Shown here piece by piece: positions 40,351-50,902 of a stretch of DNA of 64,000 bases. The stretch lies in the NCBI GenBank assembly GCA_041483195.1, contig JBGPFC010000009.1, forward strand, positions 32,001-96,000, read 5' to 3'. Source of the stretch: Candidatus Eiseniibacteriota bacterium. Lineage in GTDB: Bacteria; Eisenbacteria; RBG-16-71-46. The position numbers and the translations under genes were made by a program. The notes under the pieces are model-generated. The model was not told where the DNA came from, made no database searches, and saw only the letters and a program-made list of their open reading frames with translations. The stretch's first letter is position 1; every line of letters starts with the position of its first letter.

Positions 40351-42156
40351 CTACAGCAGCTCGGTGTAGGCCTTGAGCCGCCGGCTCCGCGTCGGATGCC
40401 GCAGCTTGCGCAGCGCCTTCGCCTCGATTTGACGGATGCGCTCGCGGGTGACGTTGAAGAACGCCCCCACCTCCTCGAGCGTGCGCTGCGCGCCGTCCTC
40501 GGTGAGGCCGAACCGCAGGCGAATGACCTTCGCCTCCCGCGGGGTGAGCGTGCGCAGCACGTCGTTCACCTCGTCGCGCAGCATCGCGGACGCCGCGGAA
40601 TGCGCCGGGCTCACGACGCTGGTGTCCTCGATGAAGTCGCCGAGGTTGGAATCGTCGTCCTCGCCGATCGGGCGATCGAGCGAGATGGGCTCCTGCGCCG
40701 CTTTCAGGATGCTCTTCACCTTGTCGACCGGCAGTTCCAGCCGCTCCGCGATCTCCTCGGGGGTCGGCTCGCGGCCCAACTCCTGGACCAGCCGCCGCGA
40801 CACGCGGACCACGCGGTTGATGTGCTCGATCATGTGGACGGGCACCCGGATGGTGCGCGCCTGATCGGCGATCGCGCGGGTGATCGCCTGCCGAATCCAC
40901 CACGTCGCGTAGGTCGAGAATTTGTATCCCTTGGTGTAGTCGAACTTGTCGACGGCGCGCATCAGCCCCGAATTACCCTCCTGGATGAGATCCAGGAACT
41001 CGAGTCCGCGATTCGTGTAGCGCTTGGCGATCGAGATGACGAGCCGCACGTTCGCCTCGATCATCTCCTTCTTGGCCTGACCGGTGGCGCGCTCGCCGTC
41101 CTTGATCTGGCGGTAGAGCTCGAGCAGGTGGTCGCGCACCATTTTCGCCTCGTCCTCGATGCGCTTCACTTCCTTCTTCGCGTTCTTGATCTCGTTCATG
41201 AACTCGGCGATCTGCGCCGGCTGCAGGTTCGAATCGCGGCGCACCGCGCGGAGCTCGCGCGGGCCGCGCTTGAGCCGCCGAGCGAACCCGTTCATGTCCT
41301 CGACGCTGTGCCCGAACCGGCGCTCGAGCATCGCGACCACGTCGTCCACCTCGAGCAGCCGCTCGGCGAGCTCCTTGATCGGGGAGGCCAGCCCTTCGAC
41401 CATCCGCGGATTCATCGAGAGCTTGTGGATCTCCTGTGTCAGCTCGGCCTCGACCTTCGCGAAATTCGCCTGCAGCGACGAGCGCCGCCGTTCGAGCATG
41501 CGCGCGTCCTGGCGCGCGAGCATGTCGTTGTAGCGTTTCTGCAGGACGAAGACGCGCTCGAGGATCTTGACCGCGCGCAGGCGCTCCTTCTTGAGCGCCT
41601 GCTCGGTCACCGCGTTCTCGTCGACCTTGATGAAGTCCTCGATCTTGAGCAGGCCCTCCTTGAGCTTCTTCAGCATGGCCCGGATGTCGCGAACCGCCGG
41701 CTCGGCGCGGAAGAGCGCGGACACCACCTGGCGCTCGCCGGCCTCGATGCGCCGCGCGATCTCGACCTCGCCCTCGCGGGTGAGCAGCGGCACGCGTCCC
41801 ATCTCGCGCAGATACATTCGCACCGGATCGTCGTAGCGCACCGGCTGCTGCGGCACCGCCTTGCTCGAAACCGCGGGCTTCTTGTCCTCGATCTTGCGGA
41901 GCTTCTTGATCCGTTCCTGGGCCTCTTCTTCGCTGGCAAACACCTCGATGTGCATCTGGTTCAGCATCGCGTGGATCTCTTCCATCTGATCCACCTGAGC
42001 CTCGGGGTCCTGGTCGTCATCGAGGAGCCACACCACCTGATCCTCGGTGACGTAGCCCTGGCGCAACGCAAGCGACTTGATCTCCTCCATGCGCTTGCGC
42101 TGCTCGGCCTTCGCCTTCTGCTTGATTTCCTTGTTCTTCGCAGCGACTGAGGTCAT
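40351..42156 (-). CDS. rpoD: Primary sigma factor RpoD
   Basis: [38 protein letters not shown]. Confidence 0.97.
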   Translation of the reverse strand: MTSVAAKNKEIKQKAKAEQRKRMEEIKSLALRQGYVTEDQVVWLLDDDQDPEAQVDQMEEIHAMLNQMHIEVFASEEEAQERIKKLRKIEDKKPAVSSKAVPQQPVRYDDPVRMYLREMGRVPLLTREGEVEIARRIEAGERQVVSALFRAEPAVRDIRAMLKKLKEGLLKIEDFIKVDENAVTEQALKKERLRAVKILERVFVLQKRYNDMLARQDARMLERRRSSLQANFAKVEAELTQEIHKLSMNPRMVEGLASPIKELAERLLEVDDVVAMLERRFGHSVEDMNGFARRLKRGPRELRAVRRDSNLQPAQIAEFMNEIKNAKKEVKRIEDEAKMVRDHLLELYRQIKDGERATGQAKKEMIEANVRLVISIAKRYTNRGLEFLDLIQEGNSGLMRAVDKFDYTKGYKFSTYATWWIRQAITRAIADQARTIRVPVHMIEHINRVVRVSRRLVQELGREPTPEEIAERLELPVDKVKSILKAAQEPISLDRPIGEDDDSNLGDFIEDTSVVSPAHSAASAMLRDEVNDVLRTLTPREAKVIRLRFGLTEDGAQRTLEEVGAFFNVTRERIRQIEAKALRKLRHPTRSRRLKAYTELL

Positions 42157-42172
42157 GAACGCGGATCTCCTT

Positions 42173-43954
42173 TTATGTGCTGCTGAGGTCCTTCAGAGAG
42201 CGTGCGATCTCGTAGATTTCCTGGCTGAGCCGCCGTTCCGTGTCGGGGTCGGCGGCGGAGCGTCTCAATTCCAACTCGCGCTCGTGCTTGTGCTGCCGGA
42301 GGCGGCGCACGACCAGCTGCCGCGCGGCGCCCCGCGCCTCCGCCTCCCAGTCACGTTCATCAGCGGCCGAAGCTGAAAGCTCGCGCGCCAGCGCGGCCGC
42401 AGCTTCATCCTCGGGGAAGCCCGAGCCCGCCGACCACAGCCATTGCGCGAGCGTCGCGCACGCGGGGTCGCGGAAATCGGCGGGACCGACCTCGTCGCGC
42501 ACCGCGTCGAGCGCGGCGGGGGCCTGCAATATCGACTGCAGCAGCAGGCCCTCGATGCTCTGCTCCTGCCGGCGCTGCTCGCGCACCGCGGCGGCCAGCG
42601 GCCGCTCCGCGCCCTGTCCGGTCTTCTTCAGCGCCAGGGCGCGGTGCAGCACCGACTCGGCGATGCCGAGCACCTGCTCGGCGCGCTCGAACAGCAGTTT
42701 CACACGGATCGGATCCTGGACCGCGGCGCCGAGCGTCACCACCGCCTGCAGCGCGCGCTCGCGCGGGTCGCCGCTCCCGCCCGCCCGCAGTACGTGCCGG
42801 TGAACGAACTCGACCGGATCCGCCGCCTGCGCGCGCAGCGCCGTCCAGGCCGCGGTCCCGCCCCGGCGCACCAGCGTGTCGGGATCGTCGCCCTGCGGGA
42901 GATCGACCACGCTCACGGCCAGTCCTTCGCCGAGCAGCACGCCCAGCGATCGCATCATCGCGTCGCGACCCGCCGCGTCGCCGTCGTACGTGAGCGCGAC
43001 GCGCGCCACGACGCGCTTGAGCAACCGCGCCTGCTCGGTCGTGAGGGCGGTGCCCGAGGTCGCCACCGCGTGCGCGAGCCCGGCCTGATGCAGGGCGATG
43101 GCGTCGAAGTAGCCTTCGACCACGATCATCTCGCCATCGGGCTCGACCCGCCGCCGCGCCTGATCGAGCGCGAACAGGAAGCCGCTCTTGTGGTAGAGCG
43201 GCGTCTCCGGGGAGTTGAGATACTTGGGCTGATCCTCCGCCGCGAGCGCCCGTGCTCCGAATCCCACGACCGTGCCGCCCGGGATCTGAAGCGGCACCAT
43301 GAGCCGGTTGCGAAACCGGTCGTAGTGCCCGCCGCGCGGAGGACCCCCCTCGTCGGGAGAGCGGCGCGGCACCGTGAGGCCCGCCTGCACCAGCAGCTCG
43401 TCCGTGACCCGGCCCCGCAGCCGCTGCGTGAGCTGTTCCCATCCCGCCGGCGCGAGACCCAGGCGGAACGCGCGCTGCGTCTCGCGCGTGATGCCGCGGC
43501 GGTCGAGGTAGGCGCGCGCTTCCGCTCCGATCGCGGGATCGCCGAGCCATTGTTCGTATGCCGTGGCGGCCGCCTCCAGCGCGTCCTCGAGTCGCGCGCG
43601 CACGCCGCGTTCGGGCCCCGCGCCACGCCGTTCGGGCACGGCGATCCCGGCTCGCCGACTCAGCAGCTCCACCGCCTCGAGGAACCCCACCTTCTCGGTT
43701 TCCTGCACGAACTTGAAGACGTCCCCTCCCGCCTTGCAGCTGAAGCAGTGATAGAACTGACGCTCCGCGTTGACCGAGAACGAACCCGTCTTCTCCTGGT
43801 GAAAAGGACAGAGCCCCACCCAGTTGCGCCCCACGCGCTTCAGGCCGACGCTCTCGCGCACGATTTCGACGATGTCGCTCGCGGCGCGCACGCGTTCCAC
43901 CCAGTCGTCCGCGCCGCGCGTGCCGCGTCCTCCGATCGTGTTCATGGCGCTCAC
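42173..43954 (-). CDS. dnaG: DNA primase
   Basis: [12 protein letters not shown] zinc finger, [20 protein letters not shown]; start GTG 43954 or ATG 43945. Confidence 0.95.
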   Translation of the reverse strand: MSAMNTIGGRGTRGADDWVERVRAASDIVEIVRESVGLKRVGRNWVGLCPFHQEKTGSFSVNAERQFYHCFSCKAGGDVFKFVQETEKVGFLEAVELLSRRAGIAVPERRGAGPERGVRARLEDALEAAATAYEQWLGDPAIGAEARAYLDRRGITRETQRAFRLGLAPAGWEQLTQRLRGRVTDELLVQAGLTVPRRSPDEGGPPRGGHYDRFRNRLMVPLQIPGGTVVGFGARALAAEDQPKYLNSPETPLYHKSGFLFALDQARRRVEPDGEMIVVEGYFDAIALHQAGLAHAVATSGTALTTEQARLLKRVVARVALTYDGDAAGRDAMMRSLGVLLGEGLAVSVVDLPQGDDPDTLVRRGGTAAWTALRAQAADPVEFVHRHVLRAGGSGDPRERALQAVVTLGAAVQDPIRVKLLFERAEQVLGIAESVLHRALALKKTGQGAERPLAAAVREQRRQEQSIEGLLLQSILQAPAALDAVRDEVGPADFRDPACATLAQWLWSAGSGFPEDEAAAALARELSASAADERDWEAEARGAARQLVVRRLRQHKHERELELRRSAADPDTERRLSQEIYEIARSLKDLSST

Positions 43955-46320
43955 CGCAGCGTCACCACGGTGACGCCCCTTCCGCCTTCGCCGATCGCGC
44001 CGAGACGGTGCGATGCGATCTGCGGATGGCCTCGAAGATGGCGCTCGACCGCGGCGCGCAACACGCCGCGTCCGACGCCGTGCACGATGCGAATCTCGCC
44101 CAGCCCCGCGACCACCGCGCGATCCAGACCTTGATCGAGCGCGCTCAACGCTTCGTCCACCTCCATGCCCCGCAGCTGGATCTCGAGCGCCGGGGCCTCT
44201 TCGGAAGCGGACCAGGTCGCGCCGCCGTTCGCGGGACCCTGCGGAGCCTTCGGGCCTTCGTCGCCCCCCGGGCGCGCGAGCCGGCTCACGTGGCTCTGAA
44301 TGCTCCAGCTCCCGCGCCGCAACCCGACCTTGCCTTCCGAATCGGGCGCGCTCACGACCTCCGCCTCGACGCCGAGATCCAGGACCCGCACGCGCTGCCC
44401 TACCTCGACCGCGAACGGCGCGGACGGAGCGCCCGCCGGCGCCCCGAGCGCGGCCGCCGCCTCGCGGTCGATCGCGGCCGCGTCCCGCTCGAGCGCCACG
44501 ATCCGGTCGCGCACCTCGTCGGCGCTCGCGCGGCGTTTCTCGGCGCGTCGCGCCTCGCGCTGCACGGTCTGCCACAGTTCGCGCGCGTTCGCCAGCAATC
44601 CCTCGCTCTCGCGGGTGAGCCTGCGCCGCAGCGCCTCGAGCTCGCGGCGCGAGGCCTCGGTCTGATCGCGATGGCGCGACGCCTCGGTCGCGGCCTCCGC
44701 GCGCGCGGCGTCCAGCGACGCGAGCTCGCGCTCCATGCGCCGCTGGGTCTCGTCGAGCGAGGCGAGCAGGCATTCGAGCTCGCGCACCGAATCGGGCGTC
44801 AGGGCGCGCGCGCGCTCGATCAGGGCCGGCGGAAATCCGAGCCGTGCCGCCACCGCGAGGGCGTGGCTCGCGCCCGGGATGCCGGGGCGGAAGCGGTAGT
44901 GCGAGACCAGCGTCTCTGCGTCGAACTCCAGCGAGCCGCTGGCCACACCCGGCACCTCGCCCGGCACACGCTTGAGGCTCCCCAGATGGGTCGTGACCAC
45001 GCCCCATGCGCGGCGCTCCGCGAAGTGCTCGAGCAGCGAGCGGCCCAGCGCGGCGCCCTCGTCGGGGTCGGTGCCGGCTCCGAGTTCGTCGCACAGCAGC
45101 AGGCTGCCCGGGCCTGCGCGCTCGGACATCGCGCGCAGCGTCTGCAGGTGCGCGGCGAAGGTGGACAGCCCCTGCTCCACGGATTGCTCGTCGCCGAGAT
45201 CTGCGAGCATCGTGTCGATCTCCGGCAGGGCGCTGCCTTCGTCCGCAGGCACCGGCAGCGCGGCGTGCGCCATCGCCACCGCCAGCCCCACCGTCTTCAT
45301 GAGCACCGTCTTTCCGCCCATGTTGGGCCCGCTCACCAGCAGCAGACGCGCGTCGGGGCCGAGCTCGAGATCGAGCGGAACGATCGCGCCGGCGCGCTCG
45401 CCCATCATCATGAGCGGGTGCCGGGCGCGCCGCAGTCGCAGGCGGTCGCCGCCGGGATCGAGCGCGATCGCATCGAACTCGCGCGCCCATCGCGCGCGGG
45501 CCCTCAGCGTGTCGAGCTTCACCAGGGCGGCTTCGAGCGCGGCGAGCGGCTCCGCGGCATCGAGCACCGCCGACGCCAGCTCGCGCAGCACCCGCCGCTC
45601 CTCTTCCTGGGCGAGCGCGCGAAGCTCGATCAACCGGTTGTTCGCCTCGCACATCTCGAGCGGCTCGACGAACAACGACTGCCCGCTCCCGGACACGTCG
45701 TGCACCAGCCCTCGCCGGCGCGGAAACCCCGCGGCGGGCACCAGCGCGACGAACCGTTCGCCGTGGCGCGTGACGTAGGCATTCTCACCGAAAGCGCCGG
45801 CCCAGCGCGTGAGCCGCGATTCCAGGTCGCGCTCGCCTCCCGCCAGGGCGGAGCGGGCCCGCCGCAGCGCCGGAGAGGCGCCGTCGCTCACACGCCCGTC
45901 CGGCTCGAGCGCGACGGCGAGACGCCCGCGCAGGGCTTCGAGCCGCGGGATGGCCTGGACGATCGCCGCGAGCTCCGGGTACCGCGGAGCGGCCTGCTCG
46001 CCCGACCACGCGACTCGCGTCTCTTCCCCGGCGAGGAGCCAGGTCCCGACCTCGACCAGCCCCGGTCCATCGAGAGCGTCCACGCGCTCGCGATCGAGCC
46101 TCGGCCCCAATTCGCCCCGCCCGACCGCACACCACGCCTCGGGCTCGCCCTGCCGCCGGATGGCCTCGGCGAGCACCGCGTTCTCGCGACTGCGCGCCGC
46201 GCGCTCCGCGAACGGGCGCCACGCCGAGAGGGAAGCGCGCGCGCGCGAGCTGTCGGCACGCGCAGCGATGGCTGCCGTCACGCGATCGAACTCCAGGAGT
46301 TGAAGGGAATGCGCGTCCAC
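43951..46320 (-). CDS. mutS2: Endonuclease MutS2
   Basis: GPNMGGKT, LSTFAAH, DELGAGTDP, C-terminal Smr domain (VHGVGRG). Confidence 0.93.
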   Translation of the reverse strand: MDAHSLQLLEFDRVTAAIAARADSSRARASLSAWRPFAERAARSRENAVLAEAIRRQGEPEAWCAVGRGELGPRLDRERVDALDGPGLVEVGTWLLAGEETRVAWSGEQAAPRYPELAAIVQAIPRLEALRGRLAVALEPDGRVSDGASPALRRARSALAGGERDLESRLTRWAGAFGENAYVTRHGERFVALVPAAGFPRRRGLVHDVSGSGQSLFVEPLEMCEANNRLIELRALAQEEERRVLRELASAVLDAAEPLAALEAALVKLDTLRARARWAREFDAIALDPGGDRLRLRRARHPLMMMGERAGAIVPLDLELGPDARLLLVSGPNMGGKTVLMKTVGLAVAMAHAALPVPADEGSALPEIDTMLADLGDEQSVEQGLSTFAAHLQTLRAMSERAGPGSLLLCDELGAGTDPDEGAALGRSLLEHFAERRAWGVVTTHLGSLKRVPGEVPGVASGSLEFDAETLVSHYRFRPGIPGASHALAVAARLGFPPALIERARALTPDSVRELECLLASLDETQRRMERELASLDAARAEAATEASRHRDQTEASRRELEALRRRLTRESEGLLANARELWQTVQREARRAEKRRASADEVRDRIVALERDAAAIDREAAAALGAPAGAPSAPFAVEVGQRVRVLDLGVEAEVVSAPDSEGKVGLRRGSWSIQSHVSRLARPGGDEGPKAPQGPANGGATWSASEEAPALEIQLRGMEVDEALSALDQGLDRAVVAGLGEIRIVHGVGRGVLRAAVERHLRGHPQIASHRLGAIGEGGRGVTVVTLR

Positions 46321-46358
46321 GCCGTTCCTAACCGACGTCCGGGTTCAGCGCTCGACGC

Positions 46359-46931
46359 TCAGGAATGCCGGGACTGCGCGTGCGCCCGCCGCTGAGCCGA
46401 AAGGAATCGTTGCCTGAGCCAGCTGCTGCCGGGGAAGTACCGGCTGTCGAAATTGCACGCCTGCGCGCCGCCCGCCATAAGCGGCGGTGCGCAGCGTGCG
46501 CCGGACGCCGCATGACTCACGGCGCGCGGCCACGTGGTGAGGAGCGCGCCCATCACGAGCAGACTCGCCACCGCCACCCCGAGCGCGGCGCCGACGACGA
46601 CGCCGCCGATGCGATCGAGCCAACCCACTGGGCTCTTCTTCACGGCGGCGCTCAACAAGTCGCCCCACCACTGGAACAACGCGGCCGCCGCAAGGCCCGC
46701 GAGACCCGCGACCAGCCAGCGCAACGCCAGAAACACGACAGCGGGCCGGGCAGACTGCCAATGCTGACCGACCCACTGCGCGACCCAGCCTGCAACCCAC
46801 AGACCCGCGAGCAGTCCGAGGAGTGCGAAGATCTGCCCGACCGTTCCGCGCACGAGTCCGCGCACGGCGAATAGAATCACGAGCAGAACGATCAGCCAGT
46901 CGAGCGTTGTCCAGCTACGAAACCAGTCCAG
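46359..46931 (-). CDS. cvpA: CvpA family membrane protein
   Basis: LDWLIV...RGLVRG, LDRIGGVVVG; position before mutS2; start proposed at CTG 46931. Confidence 0.8.
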   Translation of the reverse strand: MDWFRSWTTLDWLIVLLVILFAVRGLVRGTVGQIFALLGLLAGLWVAGWVAQWVGQHWQSARPAVVFLALRWLVAGLAGLAAAALFQWWGDLLSAAVKKSPVGWLDRIGGVVVGAALGVAVASLLVMGALLTTWPRAVSHAASGARCAPPLMAGGAQACNFDSRYFPGSSWLRQRFLSAQRRAHAQSRHS

Positions 46932-46936
46932 TTCGG

Positions 46937-47131
46937 CTAGTTCTCCTGCTGACGCCGCGCGATGTTCTTACGCTTCGCCGCGTTCAATTTGCGCTTGCGA
47001 CGCTCGCTCGGCTTCTCGAAGTGCTGATGGCGTCGCAAGTCCGAAAGGACACCGGCCTTCTCACACTTCTTCTTGAAACGGCGCAGGGCACTCTCGAAGG
47101 ACTCTCCATCCTTCACCCTGATTCCGGGCAA
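46937..47131 (-). CDS. rpsU: 30S ribosomal protein S21
   Basis: [26 protein letters not shown] start. Confidence 0.96.
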   Translation of the reverse strand: MPGIRVKDGESFESALRRFKKKCEKAGVLSDLRRHQHFEKPSERRKRKLNAAKRKNIARRQQEN

Positions 47132-47233
47132 TAAATCCCCCCCTCTCAGCCGTCGAAGAGCTTCGGAAATCGAATTGCGGAATGCATAACGAACGCGCCC
47201 CCGGAGACCCGCAGGCGCGAAGCTGGCAGTGGC

Positions 47234-47262
47234 AGTCTATGGCGCGAGTTCGCGCGCGTCAA
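47234..47262 (-). promoter_or_regulatory. Putative sigma70 promoter of the rpsU operon
   Basis: TTGACG-N17-TAGACT. Confidence 0.65.
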
Positions 47263-47328
47263 GCCCGCGTCGCGACCCGGGCTTCCGAGCGTTCATCGAG
47301 CCGGCACCGCTCCGGCGGGAGGTCGCGA

Positions 47329-48039
47329 CTACTGCCCGCCCGCGGCCCACCACGCCGCCCAGGCCAGGGCCGCGGTTTCCGTCCTTAAGCGACCGTCCGA
47401 AAGGCACATAGGCACGAACCGGGCGGCCTCGAGCGAAGTCGATTCGGCGTGGGTGAACCCCCCGGCCGGCCCGATCGCCCCGACCCAGAGGCCTTCGGAG
47501 TGCCCGGCACCCCCGGGAGGACGACCCCCCATGCTCGCGAGCGAGCGGGAGCATTCGCGGGGCAGCTCGCCCAGTCCGGCTTCGATCCCGAGGGGTTCCC
47601 GGATTTCCATGAGAAACCGGCGATGCGATTGGCGAAGCGCCGCGATCGAGAGCCTGCGCCAGCGTTCCAGGCGCTCGGCGGCGCGCGTCCACTTTCCACG
47701 CTCGCACTCGAGCGGCTGAAAGATTTCCACCCCCAGCTCCGCGAGCTTCTCGATCAACCAGTCTGCTCGCTCGCCATCCGGAGGGCCGCACCACACCCGG
47801 GCACGCCGCACGCGCGCGCCGCGCTCGACGCTCTCCACCTCGGCGCTCGCTTCGCGGTCGAGCGATGCGATCCGCAGGCGCGCGATCGCGCCGCGCCCAT
47901 CGGTGGCGCGAACCACGTCGCCGACCCTCGCGCGACACACGCGCGCGAGATAGTGCGCTTCGTCGGGTGAGAGCGCGACGCGCGACCCGGCGGTCCCGAG
48001 TTCGGGAACATAGACGAACGAGGGAGGCTCACCCGCCAA
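47329..48039 (-). CDS. rsmE: 16S rRNA m3U1498 methyltransferase
   Basis: [31 protein letters not shown]. Confidence 0.88.
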   Translation of the reverse strand: MAGEPPSFVYVPELGTAGSRVALSPDEAHYLARVCRARVGDVVRATDGRGAIARLRIASLDREASAEVESVERGARVRRARVWCGPPDGERADWLIEKLAELGVEIFQPLECERGKWTRAAERLERWRRLSIAALRQSHRRFLMEIREPLGIEAGLGELPRECSRSLASMGGRPPGGAGHSEGLWVGAIGPAGGFTHAESTSLEAARFVPMCLSDGRLRTETAALAWAAWWAAGGQ

Positions 48040-49177
48040 AGGCGTCCTTCACCCGCTCGAGCAGCGTCTTGCCCGGACGCGGTGGCTTCTGGGTCTCGGC
48101 GCCGCGCAGCTCCTCGAGCAGGCGCCGCTCCTCGCCCGACACCTTCCCCGGCACCCAGATCACGATTCGCGAGCGCAGGTCGCCGCGTCCGCCGCCGCGC
48201 AGCGCGGGCAGTCCGCGCCCGCGCGACCGGATGACGCGCCCGCTCGGGGAACCGGCGGGCACATCGATGTGCGCCGTACCGCCCAGCGTCGGCACCTCGA
48301 CCCTTCCTCCGAGCACGGCGGTCGCGAAATGGATGGGAACGTCGATGAGCAGGTCGTCTCCTTCCCGCTCGAACACCGCGTGGGGCTTCTCCTCGATCAG
48401 CACGATCAGATCGCCCGCCGGTCCTCCGCGAGGGCCGGCGTCTCCCATTCCGCGCAGCGGGATGAAATTGCCGTTCGTGACGCCGGCCGGAACCTTCACG
48501 GCGAGGGTATCGCTCGCGCTGACGCGCCCGTCCCCGCCGCACGCCCGGCACCTCTCGGTCACGGTGCGCCCCTCTCCGAGACACGCGGGACAGGTCGCGA
48601 CGTTCACGAATTGGCCGAAGATCGATTGCTGCACGTGGCGGACCTGCCCGCGCCCCTGGCATTGCGCGCAGACGCTCTCGCCGCTCCCCCCCTTTCCCCC
48701 GCATTCAGCGCAGGGACGGAGGTGGCGCACCCGAATCTTCTTCTCGACCCCGGACGCGATCTCCTCGAGCGTGAGCTTGAGTCGCAGCTGGAGATCGTCG
48801 CCGCGCGCCGCCCCGCGACCGCGCGCGCGGCCGCCACCGAAGATGTCCTCGAAGCCGCCGACGTCACCGCCGAAGTCGCGCATGAACGCACGCAACGCGT
48901 CGGCGAGATCGAAGCCGCTGAAATCGGGGGTCGGCCCCGGCCCGGCCGAGCCGCTCACCCCCGCGTGCCCGAACTGGTCGTAGCGCGCGCGTTTTTCGGG
49001 ATCGCGCAGCACCTCGTACGCCTCGGTCGCCTCCTTGAACTTCTGCTCGGTGGCCTTGTCGCCGGGGTTCCGGTCGGGATGGTTCTCGAACGCGATCTTG
49101 CGATAGGCCTTCCGGATCTCCTCCTCCTTCGCGCCCCGTTGCACGCCGAGCACTTCGTAAAAGTCGCGACGTGCCAC
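48029..49177 (-). CDS. dnaJ: Chaperone DnaJ
   Basis: HPD J-domain, G/F region, four CxxCxGxG repeats. Confidence 0.96.
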   Translation of the reverse strand: MARRDFYEVLGVQRGAKEEEIRKAYRKIAFENHPDRNPGDKATEQKFKEATEAYEVLRDPEKRARYDQFGHAGVSGSAGPGPTPDFSGFDLADALRAFMRDFGGDVGGFEDIFGGGRARGRGAARGDDLQLRLKLTLEEIASGVEKKIRVRHLRPCAECGGKGGSGESVCAQCQGRGQVRHVQQSIFGQFVNVATCPACLGEGRTVTERCRACGGDGRVSASDTLAVKVPAGVTNGNFIPLRGMGDAGPRGGPAGDLIVLIEEKPHAVFEREGDDLLIDVPIHFATAVLGGRVEVPTLGGTAHIDVPAGSPSGRVIRSRGRGLPALRGGGRGDLRSRIVIWVPGKVSGEERRLLEELRGAETQKPPRPGKTLLERVKDAFGG

Positions 49178-49822
49178 TTACGCCTCTTCTCCCGCCGGGG
49201 CGCGCGCGACCACGACCCGCGCGGCGCGCAGCGCCCGATCTCCGCGCGCGTAGCCGCGGTGCACGACCTGCACCACCTGCCCCGGCGCCGCGCCAGGCGG
49301 CGCGTCGATCTCGAGCAGCGCTTCGTGGAGGTGAGGATCGAACGGGCGGCCGACCGGGTCGACCTGCACGACGCCGTAACGGCCGAGGCGCTCGAGGATG
49401 CCGTTCGCGGTCAGTCGCACGCCTTCGGTCCACGCGCCGGCCGCTCCCCCCTCGCGCGCGGCGTCGAGCGCGCGCTCCAGATCGTCGAGCACCGCGATCA
49501 GTTCGATCAGCACGCCTTCTTCCGCGGCGCGCCAGGCTTCCTCGCGCTCGCGCGCCGCCCGGCGGCGGAGGTTCTGGAGCTCGGCCTCCGCTCGCAGCCA
49601 CCGGTCGCGGAAATCCTCGGCGGCCGGAACCGAAGGCCCGCCCCCCTCATTGGCGGGCGCCTCTGCATCATCCGCGCGAGTCGGTCCGGGCACGGGCTCG
49701 GTCGGGGCCGGAATGCTTTCCTCTGCGAGCTCGCCGGCCGCCGGCGCGGGAGATCCGGGCGCACGCTCGTCCGCGGGGAGCCCGGTATCCGGGCGCTCCG
49801 CCTCGTCGGGCCGGGCGGTCAT
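49178..49822 (-). CDS. grpE: Nucleotide exchange factor GrpE
   Basis: AELQNLRRR, FDPHLHEA, GY...LRAARVVV. Confidence 0.93.
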   Translation of the reverse strand: MTARPDEAERPDTGLPADERAPGSPAPAAGELAEESIPAPTEPVPGPTRADDAEAPANEGGGPSVPAAEDFRDRWLRAEAELQNLRRRAAREREEAWRAAEEGVLIELIAVLDDLERALDAAREGGAAGAWTEGVRLTANGILERLGRYGVVQVDPVGRPFDPHLHEALLEIDAPPGAAPGQVVQVVHRGYARGDRALRAARVVVARAPAGEEA

Positions 49823-50865
49823 GACGAGAGCAGGTCGGCGACGCGCGCGCCGACGGCATCCACCACGGCGAGGGCCTGAGCGTAGTCCATCCGCAATGGG
49901 CCGAGCACTCCCACCGCGCCGTGAATGGATCCCGGCAGCGGATAGCTCACCAGGCTGCAGCCCGAGAGCGCGCGGTCCTCGTCGATCCCGATGCGCACCG
50001 TGGCGTGCCCCTCGACGCTCGCGACCATGAGGCGATCGAGCGGGGCGCCGGATTCCACGACGCGCAGGATGGAGCCCAGCCGCGGCGCGCTCGCGAACTC
50101 CGGCTGCTCCGCGATGTGCATCGCGCCCGCGCTGTAGAGCGGCGTGGACACCGGCTGCGACCAGCTCGCGCTCGCGGCCCGCGCGACCATTCGCACCGCG
50201 CTGTGCCTGACCAGCTCCGGATCCGCGGCGAGCCGCTGCCTCACCTCGGCCAGCGTGCGCCCCAGCAACCGCTCGCGCAGCACCCCCGCGACCGCCTCCA
50301 GCTGGTCGCGATCGAGCGGACTCTCGAGCGCGAGCGCCAGCGCGCGCACCGCGCTCGGCCCCAGATTCAGCACCAGGAAAGCATGGCGATCGTCGGCCGC
50401 GACCAGATCGAGCCGCGTGAGGGTCTCCCGATCGAGCGAGGCGGCCAGCGCCAGGCCGAGCTGGTGGGTGAGCGTCGAGAGCAGGCGCGAGGCTTCGTGC
50501 AGCAGGTGTTCCACATCGCGCGCCGAGCGCGACAGCGTCTCGTCCACCTGCGCCATGAGCTCCGGCGGCAGCACCGCGGGCGTGAGCAGGACGCGTACGA
50601 AGAACTGATATCCGCGCGCGCTCGGCACCCGGCCGGAGGAGGCGTGGGATCGCTCCAGCAGCCCGATGGTCTCGAGCTCGGCGAGGGCCCCGCGCAGGCT
50701 CGCGGACGAGAGCGAGAAGCCGGCCTGCTGTGCGAGCCGCTCGGAGCCCACCGGGCGCGCGCTCTGCCCGTGGAGAGTCACCAGCGCCGCGAACACCTCG
50801 CGCTGGCGCGGGCTCAAATCGGGGTCCCGTTCGCTGGTGCGGCCGGGGAATGCCGGTTCGGACAT
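49819..50865 (-). CDS. hrcA: Heat-inducible repressor HrcA
   Basis: PVGSERL, SSASLR, HASSGRVPSARGY, GVLGPLRMDY. Confidence 0.92.
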   Translation of the reverse strand: MSEPAFPGRTSERDPDLSPRQREVFAALVTLHGQSARPVGSERLAQQAGFSLSSASLRGALAELETIGLLERSHASSGRVPSARGYQFFVRVLLTPAVLPPELMAQVDETLSRSARDVEHLLHEASRLLSTLTHQLGLALAASLDRETLTRLDLVAADDRHAFLVLNLGPSAVRALALALESPLDRDQLEAVAGVLRERLLGRTLAEVRQRLAADPELVRHSAVRMVARAASASWSQPVSTPLYSAGAMHIAEQPEFASAPRLGSILRVVESGAPLDRLMVASVEGHATVRIGIDEDRALSGCSLVSYPLPGSIHGAVGVLGPLRMDYAQALAVVDAVGARVADLLSS

Positions 50866-50872
50866 GATCTCC

Positions 50873-50902
50873 ACGTTACGGAGCGCGGTCCGCGACTGTC
50901 AA
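50873..50902 (-). promoter_or_regulatory. Putative sigma70 promoter of hrcA
   Basis: TTGACA (contains the hemW stop)-N18-TAACGT, 7 nt before the ATG. Confidence 0.6.
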
